NCBI RefSeq assembly: GCF_006345805.1
Contig: NC_043015.1
Span: 33,542,001 to 33,606,000, forward strand
DNA length: 64,000 nt
Source: Octopus sinensis
Taxonomy: Eukaryota
Reading direction: 5' to 3'
Shown here piece by piece: positions 1 to 12,463 of the stretch (position 1 is the first letter of the stretch; each line of letters starts with the position of its first letter). Both the position numbers and the translations under genes were made by a program. The notes beneath the pieces are model-generated. The model ran no database searches. It worked only from the letters and a program-made list of their open reading frames with translations, and had not been told where the DNA came from.

Positions 1-601
1 TAACAGTAAAGGTGACTGTGATTAAATGCAGTCGATGTGTAGCGCTTCTTCAGATATAATCTAAATCACCTCCAAGTATTTGCTAATGATATCACAACAT
101 CTGATAAGACAACACTGTGTGTGTGTGTGAAGAGTTTGAATTGGCTGTTAACTGCTACTATCACCCGTGAAAACATGCACAAATCTCCAAGTCTATCATG
201 GGAGCAGGGTTATCATACATCTCCAGTATTTTCTGACCACTGTCAAGATCACTTCACAGATAGTTTTTGACATAACAAAGACTATCCATAATTTGTCTCA
301 TCACAATCCTAATTAGGGACAAATAAGGTATTTTATACGAGTGACAGTCATGGGACTGTGGCCATGCTGAGGCGACACTTGAAGGATTTTAGTTGAACAA
401 ATATATGAATTGCTTGAAATATGGAGTAGAAAAACAGCCAACAACTGAGGAAGGGTAATTTTTTTATGTTGCCTGTCTTGTTTTCCATTTGTTTCTTTTG
501 TTGTTTGCAAAAAAAGTTCGTATTTCGTATTTCATGTTGTTTACGTTGTGACGTCCATGTAAGTATGTACATATATATATATATATAATATATATATATA
601 T

Positions 602-642
<41 letters not shown>

Positions 643-1028
643 GTGATTCATAGTGAAGAATGTTGAGGCCCTCAGGCCAGAACCTGAAACCATGGTATAT
701 GAGTATCTGAATGGTATGCTCTTTTTAATGTCTTAGTTCTTTATCCGTTTCCTCACCTACTGTTGCTTTTCTGTTATTTGGTGCCTTCCAGTGGTTCAAT
801 TAGGAATTTAGCTCCTATTTCTAAACAGGTTGATGCTTTTCCCACATCCTCATGCCTTGTGCTAACTTTAAATTTTATAGCTATATAATGCTATTAGACC
901 TGTTGAACCACCTGTACTACTGCTGTTAGTATTATCAATTAAAATATTCACTGCAGATGATATTAACAATAGTAACATCTTAATTTGAGTGTAAATACTT
1001 GAGAATTTTTGCTCATATGCATATATAT

Positions 1029-1985
1029 ATCAGGTCATCTCATAAGTTCTGTCCAATTTTAACTTTTTTATAATTGAATAAAATTTAATGGTATTTTAGA
1101 ATGTATAATGGAATTAAAAATTATTTTTATGCATTCATGCACATTTAAACTAATTAAATATTATTTTGCAGAATAATAGAATTAAAATTTCCTTGATTAA
1201 AACCCTTTCTAACATGGAAGTATCCAAAGAGCATTTCAGGCACATAATGCTTTATGAGTACAAAAAGGAAAGTCTGCAACCGAAGCGACTCAAAACATAC
1301 ACTCAGTTTATGGGAAAGAATGCTTTAATGAAAGAACTTGCAGAAGATGGTTTGCAAAATTCAGAAGTGGAGACTTCAGCCATGAAGATGAAGATCGAAC
1401 AGGACCTCCAGTTGAGTTTAATGATAAGCTCCTTGAGGCATTACTTGAAGAAAATCCTACATTATCAGTTGAAGAATTGGCAATAAAGCTTAGTTCAAAC
1501 TATACAACTGTTCATCTTCAACAACATGGAAAGGTTCCTAAACTTGGAAAATGGGTACCTCATGAATTCTCTGAAAGCAACCACAAATACCAAGTCGACA
1601 TCTGCTCTTCTCTCCATTCTCTCGAACTCATTTCACCCTTTTTGGATAGATTTGTGACTGGTGATGAAAAATGGATCTTCTATCGAAATGTTAAACGTAG
1701 TAAACAGTGGCTTGATAAAAGGGAAAAAGCTCAACCACAACCGAGAAAGGAACTTCATGGGAAAAAGGTTCTTCTCTCTATCTAGTGGGATTGCAAAGGA
1801 GTAATTCACTTTGAATTGTTACCACCTAATGCAACAATCAATGCTCAAGTCTACTGTCAGCAATTAGAGCATTTGAACAAAGCTTTGAAGAAAAAAAGAG
1901 CCACTTTAGTGAATCGAAAAGGAGTGATGTTTCATCAGGACAATGTGTGACCCCACACTGCAAAGATCACATCATAGAAGATTGC
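1029..1985 (+). mobile_element. Mariner (Tc1/mariner, DD34D type) transposon, 3'-truncated, pseudogenised transposase
   Basis: 5' TIR-like atcaggtcatctcataagttctgtcc after a (TA)n run. ATG at 1214 (MEVSKEHFRHIMLYEYKK), then a frameshift into SATEATQNIHSVYG..RTCRRWFAKFRSGDFS. Downstream motifs GKWVPHE, FVTGDEKW (1st D), HGKKVLLSI*WD, MFHQDN (2nd D). In-frame stops; breaks off before the YSPDLAP/3rd D. Confidence 0.92.
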
Positions 1986-2189
1986 TGAGGTCAAGACTGA
2001 AACCTGAACTTCCACACCGATTTTGACTTTTACTCCAATCAGATATCACTACTTCTGACCAATGGAAGGTACTGCTGCCTATACTATACTGACCAATTGA
2101 AGCTAGGTCTTTGATGTGATGACCAACTGAAATTAGGTTTGTGATGCACTGAAATATTTCTCCTCCCTATTTTGTGTTAACGTGTATAG

Positions 2190-2260
2190 GTTGAATCTCC
2201 AGGCATACAAATGTACGCCGCCTCCTCCTCCTACTACCACTAAGCATAAAACTGGAACAT
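2190..2260 (+). CDS. Candidate internal coding exon (LNLQAYKCTPPPPPTTTKHKTGT) of an unidentified, possibly extracellular protein
   Basis: Pyrimidine-rich acceptor ...tttgtgttaacgtgtatag| and strong donor CAT|gtgagt. Only one of three frames is open. The Cys followed by a Pro/Thr stalk resembles the end of an LRR C-terminal cap or a mucin-like linker (inference). Confidence 0.5.
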
Positions 2261-3591
2261 GTGAGTGTAAAAATCATTTAATTAAGCAAATTTCTTTTTA
2301 TGGCTATTTTTCTATGCCATGAATAACATTTGTTAATCACGAGATTACCAGTTCATATGTTGGCAGAAGACATGAAACAGTATGGGAAATGTAATTATCG
2401 AAAATTCCTAAATATTACAATTAAATAAGGAAAAAAATAAAATGAAAAATAAATAATAAATACAAGTAAAAGGTAAATTTTTGGAAAACAAGTTAATCAA
2501 TATTATATATAAGAAGTGATGGACATAAAGATCTAATTAAGCTTTACTTTAACAATACTGTACAGTTGTGTTTATTATTATTATTTTTTCTTGACTAATG
2601 AGGTATGCTTCGTTAAAAGTTATTTAAATGAATACTAGCTAATGACCGTGAAGCATTCGACAGAAATATGATGATAGGCCATAGCTTCACATGCCAAACA
2701 GATTGACTTTCTGTTTATTATATTCCATTTTATATATTTATTCTATTTGTAGGAGAACTGGATTTTTGGTGGCGCTGGAGAAGGAGGAAGAAGAGGAGGA
2801 GGAGGGGACAAAATAAAACTAAGTTTTGTTACCTCAAAAGTTAAATCATTTTATTTCTTCCTCTTCAGTTTTATTTATTTTAATTTTTAATTAAATGAAA
2901 GAATTGCCATACTAAAAATTCATAAAGCAAACAAAAAAGATCACAAAACACTAAAAGAGTTTAAAAAAACAAACAAACAAAATGGAATCATTCCGATATT
3001 AACTTTTCAGGTATGTCTAAATAAGAAAACGAAAACTGAGGGAGGGAGAGAGGAGGGTGAGAATTGGGTAAACCTCGTTAAATTATGGACTAGAATTGTA
3101 GACAATATTTTGCTTTCCCCTCTTATTTCAAGTAAAGGACATTAGTTTATAGACACAAGAAGTGTGTGTGTGTGTGTGTGAGAGAGAGTGAGAGAGAGAA
3201 AGACAGACAGACAGACATACTGTTCTCAAGAATATTTACAGCCTAGTAAAGGAAGTGAAATGGTCTCATCCAAGAATAAATGACTGTCACAGAATCAGTT
3301 TGCCAGAGGCTAATCTTCTCTGCAACATGTGCTGTTATTTTTAGGATAAAATTATCATCAACAGATGGGAATTTTTTTTAAATACATAAATATTTGGTTA
3401 TTTTTATCAATGTAACAAAATGATTCTGAAAACACAGTAAAAGCCTACTGCTATTAAGTAACAACAAAACTGGTGACAGCAGTAATTTCAGCATTTTAAC
3501 ACACACACAAAATCATTTTATCATTTTGCTTTCCTGTCTGTCTTCAATGACAGAAATTAAAACAGTAACATTCAATATATCTTTCTCTAAT

Positions 3592-3795
3592 AAGGCAGTG
3601 AGCTGGCAGAATCATTAGCACACTAGGCAAAATGCTTAAGGGAATTTTGATGGTCTTTATGTTCTGAGTTCAAATTCCACCAAGGTGAACTTTGCTTTTC
3701 ATTCTTTTGGGATTGATAAACATAAGTACCAGTTGAGCACTGGGGATGATGCAATTGACAACCCCTCCCACTAAATTCCTGGCCTTCTTCTAAAA
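3592..3795 (+). mobile_element. tRNA-derived SINE, family B (Meta-domain-like core)
   Basis: Head aaggcagtgagctggcagaatcattagc, B-box gagttcaaattcc, core ctttgcttttcattcttttgggattgataaacataagtaccag; many copies in the window. Confidence 0.8.
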
Positions 3796-3797
3796 TT

Positions 3798-4375
3798 TGG
3801 GTCATCCCATAAATAATGCAGTTCTTTATAAACTTTTTTATTTTTCAAAATTAAGTTCTTTTTGAATCTAAAATGTACTCTCCTTCATTCCCTACAATGC
3901 CCTTCCATCTCTCTGGTAGACTTGCAAGGCTCCTCTCTTCCAAAATTCACTTGTCCGTGACGAAAAATACTCCTCCAGTTCTGTTCTGACCTTGTCTACA
4001 GAATTCATATTTTCTCCATCTAAATGATTTTGGCAAACATGGTGGGTGGGGCATCATTTTCCATTCAAACTTCTCCAGTTTTTAGAATATCATCCTTGCT
4101 GTATGTGGCCAAGCATTATCCCGATGGAAGAACACCTTTCGTCTTGAAATCAAAGATGGTCGTTTTCCTTCTAGCGCTGACTTAAGTCGCTCAAGCTGCT
4201 TGCAGCAGATCTTTGTAATTGTTTGGTTTGGGTTTAAAAGTTCAAAGTGGACTAAACCTTTCATATCCCACTATACAGATAACAACCCCTTACGTGGATG
4301 AAGACCTTCTTTAGCCTGGGGTGCCGGTCTTTCTCCTCTCCCTACCGACTGTCTTTGGCCACTTGACATTTTTCT
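3798..4375 (-). mobile_element. Mariner transposon, 3' half with terminal repeat, decayed
   Basis: Minus strand reads AKEGLHPRKGLLSV*WDMKGLVHFELLNPNQTI..KQLERLKSAL..VFFHRDNAWPHTA..WKMMPHPP..LPERWKGIVG. TIR-like gggtcatcccataaataatgcagttc at about 3799 differs from the TIR at 1029. Confidence 0.88.
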
Positions 4376-4502
4376 GGAGATGAGGAATTATGTACATTAT
4401 TTACATTTGATGGATATTTGTCCTCATCAACTAAACCCGGAACCATGTGGTTGGGAAGCAAGCTTCCTACCATACAATCACACCTGTACCTATATATATT
4501 AT

Positions 4503-4870
4503 AGGCACCGGAGTGGCTGTGTGGTAAACAGCTTGCTTACCAACCACATGGTTCCAGGTTCAGTCCCACTGCATGGCACCTTGGGTGTCTTCTGCTATAG
4601 CCTCGGGCCAACCAAAGCCTTGTGAGTGGATTTGGTAGACGGAAACTGAAAGAAGCTCATCATATATAAATATATGTGTGTGTGTATGTATGTAGGTGTG
4701 TATATGTTTGTACCCCAACATTGCTTGACAACAGATGCTGGTGTGTTAACATCCCTGTAACTTAGCGGTTCGGCAAGCTTACAAAGAATAAGTCCTGGGG
4801 TCAATTTGCTCGACTAAAGGCGGTGCTCCAGCATGGCTGCAGTCAAATGACTGAAACATGAATAAAAGAA
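4503..4870 (+). mobile_element. tRNA-derived SINE, family C (with internal TA/TG microsatellite)
   Basis: ggagtggctgtgtggtaa A-box region, ggttcagtcccactgc B-box region, body to ggtgctccagcatggctgcagtcaaatgactgaaac. A reversed head fragment sits at about 4420-4490. Confidence 0.85.
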
Positions 4871-4914
4871 TATATGTATGTGTGTGTGCGTGCGTGTATA
4901 TACACACACACAAA

Positions 4915-5134
4915 TACTTTTTCCTTTTACTTGGTTGAGTCATTAGGCTGTGGCCATGCTAGGGCACAGACTTGAATTTTAATCAAATGAATCAATCCTG
5001 GTCCTTTTTTCTCTTTTAAGCCTGGTACTTATTCTATCAATCTTTTTTGTCACACTGCTAATTTACGGGGACATAAACACCGGCTGTCAAATGGTGGTGG
5101 GGGTGGGACAAACATAGACACGCACGCGCACACA

Positions 5135-5170
<36 letters not shown>

Positions 5171-5320
5171 GGGCTTCTTTCAGTTTCCATCTACCAAATC
5201 CATACATAAGGCTTTGGTTGGATAGAGACTATACTAGAAAATACTTGCTGAAGATGCCATGCAGCGGGACTGAACCCAGAACCATGTGGTTGGGCAACAA
5301 ACTTCTTACTACACAGCCAT
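4915..5320 (-). mobile_element. tRNA-derived SINE, family C
   Basis: Reverse-complement match to the 4503-4870 copy. Confidence 0.8.
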
Positions 5321-6471
5321 AGATATATATATATTCTACACTGGAATTATGTTTCACTCTACACACCACAGCCACACCCGTACACAATGCAATGGGGGGT
5401 CTAGAACAGTTTCCATTTACAAGACTCTACTCTGAGTACTGGTCAATCTAAATTACGGCAGACAACACATCTGACATGCCATGCAATGGCATTGAAGTGT
5501 TCCCAATGATATGCAGGAAACCTAATCAAGAAGAGATTTACTTCTCTGTTTAAAACTACGCACAGATGGCTGGGGTTAAAATCGGGAACCATAGACCATT
5601 GGATGGGGTTGGTGATAAAATCAATTTTGAATTATCACAAGTGCTTTGCTGAATAAACAAGAAAATGGAGAACTGATAAGAAACAAAAAAACAAACAAAA
5701 TTGGTAAAAGCCTCTCAATGGAATGGTCATCTCTGTGGAATATTGCAACAGTAATCAAATAAAGAATTATTGATTGTTCTGCTGTTGTTGTTGGTTCAGA
5801 CACCAATCAAACAATCAATACATCTTGAGCATTATAAAGGTGTCTTTGAAAATTCATTTCAATATTATTGACATTTTTCATCGTTGCTACTGCTGGCTTT
5901 GTTGTTGTTGAAGTTATTAATATTGTCCAAATCCCAAACATGGCAACTCTCCCCTTCACTCATTTTGGGTCGATAAAATAAACATCAATTGAGTACCAGG
6001 ATGGATCTAATTAACAGCACTCCCCCTCATTTATTATTATTATCATTATTATAGAACAGTGAGTACACAGTATTTAATCGCATCCTTTAGATTCTGAGTA
6101 CAAAGCCCACAAGGGTTAATTTTTACCTTAAACTCACCCAGCATCACTACACTAAAGTATCTGTCAAGTTCCACAATTAACATTAATGACGCCTTGCTTT
6201 AAGGGTGAAGTGAGTTAGAGCAATTAGTACACCTCAAGGTATTTAGTTAAATATTTGCATTTTAAAGTCAAATCTTTGAAGTACGTGCAAAAAAAAAAAA
6301 AGGATTATAATATCTGAAGAAAGCCATTTTTATCCTTTCGGAATTGATAAAATAAAGTACCAATCAAATACAGGGGTTTGTGGTACTAAACTAAAACCTT
6401 CCCCTAAAACAAAACTGCCAACATGTCTAAATTAGAAACAATTAGTATTATTATTATTATTAAATTGCCTC

Positions 6472-7330
6472 CATCATCATTTATCACCTGACCATTGTAC
6501 CCTGCTCTGGTTACTGCTTGGTCAGGTTAGAGCATCTCCCATTTATTCTCTTGTGGAAGGGATATGCTCCAATGATCATGCAGTCAGTCTGCTGTCAACA
6601 CCTTCTGTGTGGTGGTGGCTTAAGCATGCCATGGCTTTTGAGGCACAGACATGCTCAGGTTGTGTTTCCTGCAAGGATTTCAGGAGGGTGAATGTGTGGG
6701 GGCTCTGTTTGTGAGGCGCATCTTTCTGCAGCTCATCTCCTTGACAGAAATGCCATTTTGGATGAAGCATCTAGAATGTCATCAGGCACTTACAACCCTT
6801 TATCAGTTGCACAATGGGATTGGAGGGTTAGTGCTGGGGAAGTGTGACAATGTCCTTAAGGAGACCTTGGGTGTTGATGAAAATGAATTGGCTAGTCTAT
6901 TCCTGAGGACTTTCCATCTGGGGACTACCATGGATAATTTCTAGATGTCCTTGGCCTGACAGTGCTACCAATGCAGAATAAACTTTACAGGCATGGATGT
7001 GCAGTGAGATAGGCTTGGCTGAGATGGAAGCAGAGTAACAAAACCATTCCATATGCACTCAGTGTTCAGGTATTGCTGACTTGTGGAGTTATGGTAAACA
7101 CCCGCCTGTCACAGGTGGGACAGATCTGTTTATCAGCCGAGTCCATAGTGATGATTGCTCTGCTACCCTCCTTTAATTCGGCAGATAAGGCAGTTTCCCC
7201 TTGCAGTGACAAAAGATGGATAAGGCTGAAAGGCATGAGGGATATTTCTCTTCGGTAGAACCCTTGTTGACTTTTCAAGCTTCACTTTCAAAGGAAAGTG
7301 AGGAGGGTGGATAGAGAGGTGCTTGAGTGA
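6472..7330 (-). mobile_element. Old RTE-clade LINE fragment (RT C-terminal region), heavily mutated
   Basis: Across frameshifts the minus strand gives RRVF..T*TLSAYG.VLL, HLEIIH..KVLRID..INT, LHPKWHFCQGDEL..KSLQ, in the order of RTE TKLKVY/EVL/RLPK..YGEL motifs. (ATG)n-like tail at about 6472-6485. Confidence 0.6.
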
Positions 7331-7400
7331 ATTTATTGAAAAGTGGATGAAGGTTGTGAAAATGGCAAGGGTGGATGGTACTGCTCTAAGTATAGACCTG

Positions 7401-7720
7401 TCATCATCATCACCATCATCATTGTTTAACATCCGCTACCCATGCTAGCCTGGGGTTGGACGAATGACTGAGGGCTGGCGAACCAGATGGCTGCACCAGG
7501 CTTCAATCTTGATCTGGCAGAGTTTCTAGAGCTGGATGCCCTTCCTAACGCCAGCCGCTCCAAGAGTGTAGTGGGTGCTTTTACGTGCCACCGGCACGGG
7601 GCCAGTCAGGTGGAACTGGCAATGACCTCGCTCGAATCTTTTACACATGCCACTGGCACAGGCACCGGTTAGGCAATGCTGATAACGACCACGCTCGAAT
7701 AGCATCTTTTACGTGCCACC
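7401..7720 (-). mobile_element. RTE LINE 3' UTR fragment (family A) with degenerate internal repeats
   Basis: (CAT)n tail + gtttaacatccgc..catgctagc..gggttggac..agctggatgcccttcctaacgcc; repeated tttacgtgccac motif. Confidence 0.8.
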
Positions 7721-8699
7721 CTGTTTATACTTTTTTGTTGATAATTTCATTATATACAAATTCCCACAGTTTATGTCTGTCCTTGTATTGCCCATTCCCT
7801 CAGCGTTCGCCCTGGTGGCATAAAAATTATCATTATTGTTATTAGTATAACTGTCAGAATTTTTTCTTACCATTATTATTATTATTGCTATTATTACGAT
7901 TACCATCATTGTTATAATCATCATCATCAACAACAACAACAACAACAACAATTTGATGGTTTAAAAAGGAAGCAAAGAGAATAGAAGTGGAGGAAGATAT
8001 AAAAGTCAAATGAAAGATGAAAACCTTGCTGAAGCAACAGACAGAAATCATTTAATTAAGTTGTAGTAATCAATAATGAGGTGAAGGTTTTTTTATCTTG
8101 TTTTAGTGGAGGAGGGGGGATGTGTGTGAGAGAGAGAGAGAGTAGGGGGTAAGGGGGGGGGGTTGTACAATGGACACCACTTTTGGTCATGTTTTATGTT
8201 ACTTTTGTTGTGTTTGTTGTTCTTGCAGCTATTGTCTTTGTTGTTGTTTGTCTTTGAACTTGTTATTGTTATGGTCTGATGTTTTTGTTGTTTTTTTCTG
8301 CTTGTCTTTGTTGTTGTCTGATGTGTTTTGTTGTTCTTGTTTGATGTTGTTGTTGTTCACTAGTTACAGTCAGTTCAGATTAAACATCTCCATTTGGTAA
8401 AGATGGTGGTTGTTATGGAAGTGGTGGTGGTGGTTGTTAAAGTAGTGGTCATTGTAAGTGTGGAGGTGGTGGTGGTGGTTATGGTAGCAATGGAGGTAGT
8501 AGAGGTTATGATGAGGGTGTTGGTATGAGTAGTGATGGTGATGAGGGTAGTAGTGTTAGTAGTAATGATAATGGTGGTGGTCCCATTTTTCCATTTCGTT
8601 CTGAGTTTATAATCCTGATGGGGTTAAACTTTCTTTTTCATCTTTCATAATATAACTACCAGTTGCATCCCAGGGATAGCCATCCATTTGTCTGGCCCT

Positions 8700-8920
8700 C
8701 ATAAGCTGGAAGAATTGTTAGCAGACCAGGCAAAATGCTTAGCGGCATTTCCTCCTTGTCTGCGTTCTGAGTTCAAATTCCGCCAAGGTTGACTTTGCCT
8801 TTTATTCTTTCAGGGTTGATAAATTAAGTACCAGTTGCATACTGAGATTGATCTAATTGACTATCCCCTTCCCCCAAATTTCAGGCCTTGTACCTATAAT
8901 AGAAAGGGTTATTATTATTA
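8700..8920 (+). mobile_element. tRNA-derived SINE, family B
   Basis: Same head and core as 3592, with (TTA)n tail. Confidence 0.8.
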
Positions 8921-9202
8921 TTATTGTTATTTAGGGTCAGCACATGACAATCATTAGAGTGCTCAATTAATATGGAGTATTTAGTCATGTCCTTATACAT
9001 ATATTTTGGGTGTAAATCATGCCAGCTTCATTCTTGGCTTTTCAGCCCTTCTAGTGTAACAGTAACATAAATCACAATTGAGTCCTCTGAGGTTCAGCCA
9101 ATATTAGAAATCAAAATCTGTGCAGTAATTCTTCAGATTCTTCTCTTCATTTTATTACCATTTTTGGATAATCCATCAAATTCCAAGTCACCAACATTAT
9201 AG

Positions 9203-9420
9203 TCATCATCATCATTTCATCGTCTAATGTCTGTTTCCCATACTGGCACGGGTTGGACAGTTTGACAGGATCCAGTGAGTGACAGCTCTGCAATGTACGC
9301 TGTATCAAATTTTGCATGGTTTCTATAGCTGGATACCCTTCCTAATGCCAACCACTTTACAGTGTGTACTTGGGGCTTCCTTTGTACCACCAGCACCAGT
9401 GATGCTACCATCTTTGACAT
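9203..9420 (-). mobile_element. RTE LINE 3' end fragment (family A)
   Basis: (CAT)n tail and the conserved gggttggacagtttgac..agctggataccctt block. Confidence 0.7.
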
Positions 9421-10940
9421 ATCTATATAGTTAGGTACTTGACCTGAATTGGAATTCATGACACTATTTTGTGCATGAAATCCTAATGCTCTTATCTATC
9501 ATTCCAAAGTTATACTAATCTGTAGATTCTATTCCAGCCTGAGACATAGTGTAATGAGCCACCCAGCATTATTGGCATTTAACTCCAGAGCACACCTGAG
9601 GAACAATATCTATGTTCTAATGTATTTCAATCAAGACCACCTTGTCTTTTATCCTGAAAGTGTATCCAGCACTACATCATACAACATCCTTCTCTGTTGT
9701 TGTTAAACCCTGGGTCAGCCCTGATCCAGCTGTACCTCTCCATTCTCCTTTTTTTTTCCTTCCTTAGACACAGGAATACATTACTCAATAAGAATCCGTT
9801 ATTCAAAGAGCATCTAAATCTCCATTTTACCATTTTAGTGTCAACTAAGATGGTAAGTTGGAGATTTAGCAGCTCTTTCTAGCAATTAAAGTATTCTTGT
9901 ATAAAGACTCACTCAAAAACAGAATAAGGAAAGAGAAATGAAACCATTTGTAATATTTTAGGAAACTGAGTAATTGCAAGAATAACTATCGTCAATCTGT
10001 AATAGCTTTAATATATAATTATGGAATAGGAAGTTATTTTGACCAAATATATAAATAGGAGGGGGAGGAGGAGGGGGTAGAAGATTGGTCTGTAACTTAG
10101 CTACTAACAAATATGAATGCATTGTAGACTTGAATTTGGTGTGTTATGAGGGGAGAGGAAGAGAAAGATAGGTAGTTTGTAATTAACTCTGTAGAGATAG
10201 GTGTAAATCTACTGTGGTGGAGAGGAAGGAGAGCGAGAGTAAGTGAGAGCAGGAGAGAATGCTTTATAATTAATGAAGATATGTTCAGGTTTTAAATACA
10301 TATTTCCAATAGAATAGCAAAGTGTTAGGATGGGGTGTTAGGAGACGGGAAAAATATTGATGTTTCAACATCAATACTGACACCACCAACACCAACGACA
10401 TCATTGAAGAAGCTTGTACATGGCTGCTCAGCCTGCTAGAAATAGCAACTAAAAAAGAGTTTCTATCATCTTTCAGCACCCTTGGTATGTCCGCCCTCCA
10501 CTCCTTGTCTCCTCTCACACTAACCACTACATCCAATCCTTCATCCCAGAACATCAGTCCTCTAGAACTGCATCCCCACTCAGGTTTTGAGCTGTAACAG
10601 TTTAAAGACAACATTAATGGCATCAGTCTCCCCAGTCTTGGAGGGCCTGCAAGGGCCATGGCTACTACTCCTTCCTCCAAATCACGCAAGTAAAAAACAA
10701 AATAAATAAATAAGCAAAGTATACGTTAGAAAACGTGGTCCTACATTTTACTCAAAAGGCAGAATGGCCTTTGATCACAGGTCTGTCGGATCAACACTAC
10801 AACTACTAACAGCAGCACTATCAAATATACTATTACTGCTACTACATAACCACTTTTGTTACCATCATCACTACCATAGACGGGAAAGAATTAAGCAGCA
10901 AAAACTAAGTAAATATTTATTCCATTTCTTGTGTGTGTCT

Positions 10941-10987
<47 letters not shown>

Positions 10988-11749
10988 TGCAAGCGCATAT
11001 ATACACACAAACTGTCAACAGTGGACAGAACATGCATTTGATGCCAGAAGCGGCAAGTCCAAAGACAAAATCAGCACCAATGACTCGAAAAGAACATTGA
11101 GAGTTTTGGTAAATAAAATATAGGAATGTGTCTTGTTAAACTTGAGCTAGAGATGATGTTTTGGCAGATTCTCAGAGGAATCTAATTGGTTAGATAGAAA
11201 GTGATGGTACTATAGATTTTAGAGGTGTACATTTTGGAATTTGGTCAAAGAACAGTTCCAAATAGTGACTATTTATGTCTGAGGATGTAACATCCAACAT
11301 TCAATGTTTAAATTTCCTTTAGGGCCTAAATTTAGCTTCCAGCCATTCCTGGCTTCATATCTCTTCAGCACTTTACAGATTTCTTTTCTTTTGCCATAGT
11401 TTGTGCTTTTCCTTGTCTCACTACAGTTTGAACATCTGATAAGTTTCAGGGAAAACTTTTGGTGATTAATGGCAGGACAGACACAGATGGAAACCTGGAG
11501 ATGAAAAACTGAAGCGTATGTAGCTGCCAAAATTGAAAGACCATTTTCTATGGTTCATGTAAACTCCCATTTTCGTAGCTGCTATCAGAAGACAGAACAT
11601 ATTAATGGCAGATCGGGTTCTATAAGTTTGTGTGTGTAAATGGAAATACCGCTTAGTGTATATATTTTGATACATGCAAGGAAATACAAAGTGAGCAGAT
11701 ATATGCTCTAGCATGCACACGGTGACATTATTAACATGGACTTCAAGGC

Positions 11750-11885
11750 CAGCAAGTAAGGAGGAGGGGGTAAGCCAATTACATCAACCCCCATTGTCCA
11801 GCTGGTACTTATTTTATCAACTCCAAAAGGATGAAAGGCAAAGTTAACCTCAGCAGAATTTGAACTCAGAACACAAAGACGGGTT
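11750..11885 (-). mobile_element. SINE family B fragment
   Basis: ctggtacttattttatcaactccaaaaggatgaaaggcaaagttaacctc = reverse of the family B core. Confidence 0.75.
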
Positions 11886-12463
11886 ACATCATTAATATTA
11901 TTAACATATTTATCAGTGTTGTTGTAAATTTGAACAAAAATTTAGTCTGCGAAAAATAAATAGCAGCTGAAAATAAAATGATGATGATGCTGGTTGTGGT
12001 GATGAAGAAGATTATTATGAGAAGTAAGAGATGATATCATTACATTTTTAGTTAATCAGAATAACATCTTTGGAGGCATAAAATGGAATTAAATAAAAAC
12101 AGATTAAGAAATAAGATTAACAGAATTCCACACACACATAAAAGCTTAGCAGAAAGGGAATATTATTAACACATTGAGAGCTTATTGGCAATGGTGATGT
12201 TAATGTACTTGCTTAACTCATGGTTTAGGGGCATCTTCATTAAGTCTTATATGAAATAGGGTTGTCTAAAAAATACATTTGCATATTCTGTCATTCTTTT
12301 TACAGGTGTCAGCTCTTGGACTGCCACTATAGTGTGTCATCACCGTTAATGGTTTTCACTGATCATATCATACACAATTCAGTCTGGTCATGTATATTTA
12401 TAGTAGTGATAAATTACATTGATGCTTTTAATCTCTCTCTCTCTCTCTCTGTATATATATATA

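Noticed and set aside
2752-2810. Acceptor tttgtag|GA that would end the 2190 exon with a split TGA stop
   Set aside because: Followed by a simple GA-rich repeat with no donor or other support.
10285-10800. GC-richer island with a 134-aa antisense ORF and an apparent TAA read-through frame
   Set aside because: Contains pieces of a dispersed repeat (cctgctagaaatagcaactaaa; reverse homologue at about 19740-19770). No recognisable protein or convincing splice pair.
12306-12350. Strong acceptor giving CVSSWTATIVCHHR* after exon 2190
   Set aside because: Early stop and no good donor; cannot be supported without transcripts.
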